DNA of 64,000 nucleotides from an uncultured bacterium (GTDB lineage Bacteria; Chlamydiota; Chlamydiia; Chlamydiales; CAYWQB01): NCBI GenBank assembly GCA_964460785.1, contig CAYWQB010000001.1, positions 308,657 to 372,656 of the forward strand, read 5' to 3'. Shown piece by piece: positions 59,563 to 64,000 of this stretch (position 1 is its first letter; each line of letters starts with the position of its first letter). The notes under the pieces were generated by a model. It saw only the letters and a program-made list of their open reading frames with translations, ran no database searches and was not told where the DNA came from. The position numbers and the translations under genes were made by a program.

Positions 59563-62025
59563 ATGAAAAATATAAAAGCGCAGTTGTCCATTCACACATT
59601 ACAAAGGGATCTTTCGACACTGAAAGATATTGAAAGTCACAGAAGGACAGGGAGATACAAGGTCAGTAAAGATGGATCAATTGTCCCTAAAAGCTTTATG
59701 TCGAGGCTCTTTAGTTGCATGTCCCGCGCTCCGGGGAAAGAGCTCCTCCTTCAACGTGCTATTGCACAAGTCCAACAGGGCACTTCAGGCCCTCTACAGA
59801 AGCGCTTAGCTGGGTGCCTAGAAGCAACTCAAAGTGCAAGAACCTTTGAAGAAGCTGCAAGCAAAGTAGAAAGAAAGCTTGAAGGTGCAAAGAGGTATTT
59901 TGATTCTGAGGGACTGGGGCTTGATCTAGCACATGATGCAGAAATTGGAACGTTGATGAACCGCATCCAACATGCGACCAACTCCTCAGCTGTAAAATCT
60001 GCTCAAGTAGACCTTGAAGCAACCATACACCGCCTGAAACTTTCCTATCATGAAGATGACTCTAGGAGAGACCTTTTACAAGACATACTGCATGGAGCGA
60101 ACCAGGTCGCGACAGAGCGAGGAAGACAACTAGAAAATGATAGAGAGGAAGCTCTGATCATCTTAAGTGACTTACAAGGGAAGTTAACTGGTCTACAAAA
60201 GATCCCCTCTGACCAAGCAAAATATTACCAAGTGAGCAAAAAGGGCTCATTACAACGCAAGAACTGGATGAGAAGACTTTTCACCTGGGGGGACCGCCCA
60301 GAAGCTAAAGCACAACTAGCGGTAGACCTCATTGCCCATAGACAAGAAGGATCGGGTCCTGCCGCGCACCGCTTGCTTGACCACTACCTTGAAACAGTGA
60401 TGGATGAGAAAAGTAGCTTGGACTCCAATCTCTCAAAAGTTCAAGAAATGGCAAGAGCAAAAGAGAGGATTTATCAGCTGCAAACCGCAGGACTCCGCCC
60501 AGAAGATGATGGGGCCTTTGGAACATTAATGAGTGATCTACAAAGAACCTCCTCTGCTTCAGAGGCAAGAGACCTTCAGGAGCGCATTGAGGAAACATTA
60601 ATTAGCTTTCGGTCAAAATACAGCTCGGATGACCCAAGGCGAGGGCTTATAGAAGAACTCTACTCTAATACAGCGCAGACGGTAGATGCTAAAATCATCC
60701 AGCTTTACGAGCATGAACACAAGAGGGCAACACAAGTGCTTGATGAAGCGAAGCATCTTGGGGATGTACTCACCGCAGAAAAGGCATTTAGCAAAGCAGA
60801 GGCGATGATTCGCGCGAGCTTTCCTGCATCTCACCCCGAACTTTCTCTCATGGAAACGCAGTTTGCTCAAGATAAAGAGAAGATTAGAGAAAAAGCAGAA
60901 AACATCTTTAAGGGCCGTCTTGAGAAACTACAGGAGACCTTAAAAGAGGTTCAAACTATTGCAGAGCACGGAGGAGCTACTTCTGATTTTACCCGTATTA
61001 CAAAACGCTTTCTCACCAGCCTAAGAAAAAGCCCCTATGTATCAAGAGACTTCCAGTCTTCTTGTGAGCAGAAAGTAGCCAAGATGCGAGCAGAGTATGC
61101 GCTTGTTGAAAATGCTGAACAGATCAAGCGCTTTGTTGCTCAAAGTCTCAATAGAGCCTCATTTACAAATATCGGTTCTGCACGCACAGCGTTAGAAAAA
61201 GCTGATGCGCTTAAGGCTTTACCCCACCTAACAGAAGAACAAAAAGAACAAGTCACTCTTGCAAAACAAAGAGTAATAGAGGGCACTCAAAAGCTTATTT
61301 TGGCACATATAAGCCATGCACCTCCCAGAACTTTTTCTGAGTGTTGCAAACAGGTGATCGGCTTAAGAGAAGGCTTTACAGAACTTTCTCGCTTAGGATC
61401 CTCTTTACCAGAGGAGAAAAAACTCCTTCTGAAGAAAAGTCTAGAGACTAGAAAAACAGAGATCGAAAGAAAAGCAAAAGACCTCGTCATGCAAGAGGCT
61501 GGCCCCTTAGAAAAAGTGCATTTTTCTACAGCTCCAACCAGCTCAGAGGAAGCTCAGAATCGTCATGATCAAATTCTGGAAAGGCGGATGAAGCTCGAAA
61601 GGGCTACCAAAAACCTGCAAAGTGTAGGAATTGTTCCTCCTGATGCCTTAGCTAAACATATTCAATCTCTTAAAGCATGTGAGCAGCTTTTGCGTGCTGA
61701 GCAAGATGTGATGGAAATGGAAGCTCGATTAGGCGATCCTGACCGCATTGCCTCCATTCTTAGCAACCCGAAAGAGCTAAAAAGACTAAAGCGCGATATG
61801 CAATATCTCGCCAGCAAATTACATAAAAGACAAAAGCTCTATACTTTGGCAAAAGGGAGCTTTCCACATCTAGGCTCAACTCCTGCAGCGAAGCTTATGG
61901 AACGTGCCTCTCAATGCTTAGAGAAGCTTGATCCATCAAGCTTAGGACAGGAAGATTTTGACCTGACAAAACTTCTGTCAGTCATGTGGGTTCTTTTTGC
62001 AATGATGACTGGACAAAGAAAGTAA
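59563..62025 (+). CDS. Large coiled-coil orphan protein with ~190-aa tandem duplication and C-terminal tail anchor; candidate effector
   Basis: 820 aa with no signal peptide. aa ~12-200 and ~202-392 are paralogous (RYKVSKDGSI/YYQVSKKGSL, GTLMNRIQ/GTLMSDLQ, SYHEDDSRRDLLQDI/KYSSDDPRRGLIEEL). There is a C-terminal hydrophobic segment LLSVMWVLFAMMTG. Confidence 0.6.
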   Translation: MKNIKAQLSIHTLQRDLSTLKDIESHRRTGRYKVSKDGSIVPKSFMSRLFSCMSRAPGKELLLQRAIAQVQQGTSGPLQKRLAGCLEATQSARTFEEAASKVERKLEGAKRYFDSEGLGLDLAHDAEIGTLMNRIQHATNSSAVKSAQVDLEATIHRLKLSYHEDDSRRDLLQDILHGANQVATERGRQLENDREEALIILSDLQGKLTGLQKIPSDQAKYYQVSKKGSLQRKNWMRRLFTWGDRPEAKAQLAVDLIAHRQEGSGPAAHRLLDHYLETVMDEKSSLDSNLSKVQEMARAKERIYQLQTAGLRPEDDGAFGTLMSDLQRTSSASEARDLQERIEETLISFRSKYSSDDPRRGLIEELYSNTAQTVDAKIIQLYEHEHKRATQVLDEAKHLGDVLTAEKAFSKAEAMIRASFPASHPELSLMETQFAQDKEKIREKAENIFKGRLEKLQETLKEVQTIAEHGGATSDFTRITKRFLTSLRKSPYVSRDFQSSCEQKVAKMRAEYALVENAEQIKRFVAQSLNRASFTNIGSARTALEKADALKALPHLTEEQKEQVTLAKQRVIEGTQKLILAHISHAPPRTFSECCKQVIGLREGFTELSRLGSSLPEEKKLLLKKSLETRKTEIERKAKDLVMQEAGPLEKVHFSTAPTSSEEAQNRHDQILERRMKLERATKNLQSVGIVPPDALAKHIQSLKACEQLLRAEQDVMEMEARLGDPDRIASILSNPKELKRLKRDMQYLASKLHKRQKLYTLAKGSFPHLGSTPAAKLMERASQCLEKLDPSSLGQEDFDLTKLLSVMWVLFAMMTGQRK

Positions 62026-62054
62026 GGAAAAGAGTCCTCTAATCCTTTTTGGGA

Positions 62055-62942
62055 TTAGGGGCTCTCCCCTTTTTCTCGAGGGTGTAGCTTATGAAAAGAG
62101 TCTTGTAGACGTTGAATCCCTACGTGAGTGTAGCGGTCCGTTGTTCCGATGTCTGCATGCCCTAAAAGCTCTTGAATGACACGTAAATCTGCTCCATTAT
62201 CTAAAAGATGTGTAGCGAAGGAGTGGCGTAGAGAGTGTGGGGAAATTTTTTTACTAATCCCTGCCTTTTCAGCATAAACCTTCACGCGCTTCCAGACTGT
62301 GACCCGGTTAATTCTCTTCCCTTTCGATGATGGGAATAAAATCGCATCGGGAATAGACTCTGTGCGGTGATGGAGCAAAAAATGATCAATAGCAGCAATC
62401 GCTTTGCTCCCTACAGGAACAAGTCGCTGCTTCCCTCCCTTTCCCTGCACACGGACATGTTCATCATTTACATCATAAAGGCCAAGCTGACAGAGTTCTG
62501 AAACCCTTAGGCCACTTCCATAGAGGAGCTCTAGAATCGCCTGATCACGAGAGCCAATAAAAGAGCTAGTATCTGGTGCTGAGAGCAGCCTATCGACCTC
62601 ATTAGCACTTAAGACATCTGGAATTGTTTGCCATAGCTTGGGTGTATCAAGATAGAGAGAAGGATTCACCTGAATGACACCTTCCCGTTTGAGGTAGCGC
62701 ATCCAAACTTTGATTGCCATGAGGGCCCGACAAATACTAGAGCTTGAGTAGCCTTTTTCACGCAGAAAACCGAGAAAGTTTGTGATAGCGCTTTGTTCAA
62801 CACTGTCGAGGTTCCCCACTCCCTGAGTGTTGAGAAATACAACAAAGCGCTCGAGATCTCTCTGATAGGCTTCAATTGTATTTAATGCCAAACCCCTTTC
62901 AGCTGAAATAAATAGAATAAAACTTTTTATAAATTCTTTCAT
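62055..62942 (-). CDS. xerD: Tyrosine recombinase XerD/XerC family
   Basis: An N-terminal SAM-like domain (ERGLALNTIEAYQRDL) and catalytic residues in RVSEL, HSLRHSFATHLL and LLGHADIGTTDRYTHV; 295 aa. Confidence 0.8.
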   Translation of the reverse strand: MKEFIKSFILFISAERGLALNTIEAYQRDLERFVVFLNTQGVGNLDSVEQSAITNFLGFLREKGYSSSSICRALMAIKVWMRYLKREGVIQVNPSLYLDTPKLWQTIPDVLSANEVDRLLSAPDTSSFIGSRDQAILELLYGSGLRVSELCQLGLYDVNDEHVRVQGKGGKQRLVPVGSKAIAAIDHFLLHHRTESIPDAILFPSSKGKRINRVTVWKRVKVYAEKAGISKKISPHSLRHSFATHLLDNGADLRVIQELLGHADIGTTDRYTHVGIQRLQDSFHKLHPREKGESP

Positions 62943-63006
62943 TTTTTAAACAATGGCACAATTAAAGCTATAGTAAAAGCATAATTAATAAACTAAACTT
63001 GCAAAA

Positions 63007-63462
63007 ATGACTAATTCGTCCCCAGATTTCAAAAAAGGGTTTAAGGAGACTCCTTATAACAGAAGAGGGTTACGCTCCCCTAGTCAATGGAAGCGCCATA
63101 TGAAAAAGCCCCCTCTTCATTCTTTTTATCAAGAGAAACCTGTTTTTTGCATTCGTTGTCCCAAATGTAGCCAAAAGGTTTCCTTGCGCTGTAATCACTG
63201 CGAACATGGAGCCATTGAGCGCAACCCCATCAACTATGATGAATTAATTTGCACAAAATGTTTCCACATAACCTCTTCCATATACTGCACTTGTGGATTT
63301 AAGTTCTCAACTCCCTATTTACAAAAAAAACTGAAAATGATTACACAGACGTTGAGGGACGGAGACCATAGGGAGTACATCGCCATCCTGATCTGTGTGG
63401 TCAGCTACTTGGCCATTGTGTGGGGTGTTGTTTCTCTAGGAACCTTCCTAAATTATCCCTGA
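63007..63462 (+). CDS. Small Cys-rich (zinc-ribbon-like) protein with C-terminal TM helix
   Basis: CIRCPKC...CNHCEHG and CTKC...CTCG pairs; TM segment YIAILICVVSYLAIVWGVVSLG. No family recognised. Confidence 0.45.
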   Translation: MTNSSPDFKKGFKETPYNRRGLRSPSQWKRHMKKPPLHSFYQEKPVFCIRCPKCSQKVSLRCNHCEHGAIERNPINYDELICTKCFHITSSIYCTCGFKFSTPYLQKKLKMITQTLRDGDHREYIAILICVVSYLAIVWGVVSLGTFLNYP

Positions 63463-63649
63463 CAGGGTTGGCACGCATATTGCGTGTTGAGCAAGCTGTC
63501 AGAGAACCTTAGAGGAAGAAACATGAGCCAGAACATATTCGCTATGTTAGCTAATCAGGGGACCCAGCACCGCTTCAATACACAGAAGCGTCAGCTACCA
63601 GCCTCTCGTAAGCAAGGTCAGCTCGTATTTGTTCCAGCAAAGGTGATTT

Positions 63650-64000
63650 CTAAGCGTCGTTAACCTCCGGATAAATCTCTCGAACAAGCTCAAATAGCTT
63701 TGCTTCTACTTCAGGTAGGTGCTCTTTTTGAATGGGAACCTTTTGCACAGCGATCATTTCACCTGTGTTAGGAACTTCAAAGTATAAAGAGCCTTTATCA
63801 GGCCCTTTCCGTGCCCCTAGGCATAAGGAAAGCTGCTTACTACGCTGCAAGTATTGAGCAAAAAGCTGCGCAAGCTCTTGCTCTTGCGCTTCATCAACTA
63901 ACCGTTTCAGGTGGTTGATTGCTTGTTGGTGTACAGTTTGAGGAGAGGCCTCTGGAACCGGTATATGGCTTTTCCAGTGTCCGCAAGTTCCTGCTAGCAG
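63650..64000 (-). CDS. Hypothetical protein, C-terminal part (5' end outside window)
   Basis: My hand translation of the reverse strand is open from the window edge (LLAGTCGHWKSHIPVPE...) through to the stop at 63650. The listed 66-aa ORF is only its tail. Product not recognised. Confidence 0.45.
   Translation of the reverse strand: MLAGTCGHWKSHIPVPEASPQTVHQQAINHLKRLVDEAQEQELAQLFAQYLQRSKQLSLCLGARKGPDKGSLYFEVPNTGEMIAVQKVPIQKEHLPEVEAKLFELVREIYPEVNDA

Noticed and set aside
62055-62942. Tyrosine recombinase as a marker of an integrated mobile element
   Set aside because: Its size and motifs fit chromosomal XerC/XerD. There is no adjacent tRNA, direct repeats, phage or conjugation genes, or abrupt compositional shift that I could see.

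Overview
This is a dense, bidirectionally coded bacterial chromosome segment with about 50 CDS. I found no rRNA, tRNA, CRISPR array, transposase or prophage. All homology calls come from motif recognition by eye and recall of family signatures, not from searches.

Several things point to the phylum Chlamydiae, probably an environmental, amoeba-associated lineage rather than Chlamydiaceae:
- Housekeeping gene order: a DUF721/DciA-like gene followed by gyrB-gyrA-tmk-holB with mgtE nearby; tpiA-secG divergent from xseA-xseB-dxs-nadK; gatCAB; RNase HIII divergent from a RodZ-like HTH gene.
- Individual genes: an archaeal/eukaryote-type ProRS, an LptD-like gene and a UbiD-type decarboxylase.
- Many signal-less orphan proteins sit behind AT-rich spacers.
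- GC looks moderate by eye, and there is extra sugar metabolism.

Accessory content worth a second look:
1. Two tandem, divergent flagellin-family (D0/D1-only) paralogs lie at 8.3-10.0 kb, next to a GAF/HD-GYP phosphodiesterase. No flagellar apparatus genes are in the window. The first has a GGA-loop hairpin plus SD leader.
2. An orphan at 3.0-4.1 kb has a C-terminal helix resembling the T3SS needle/filament polymerisation helix (...IIQNMK).
3. An exact GCCGATAA sigma-28-type -10 element lies upstream of a protein with an Inc-like bilobed hydrophobic domain (18.4-19.5 kb).
4. A candidate effector cluster spans 55.9-62.0 kb. It holds a 521-aa protein with an internal duplication, a WW-like module and a C-terminal J-domain-like HPD segment. 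It also holds a co-transcribed orphan, a stand-alone eukaryote-type BPL_N (GATase1-like) protein, and an 820-aa coiled-coil protein with a ~190-aa tandem duplication and a C-terminal tail anchor.
5. A GH63-type glucosidase is paired with a glucose 1-dehydrogenase-like SDR.
6. Also present are a NagB-LmbE fusion and a Cys/Gln-rich lipoprotein with three 36-bp repeats.
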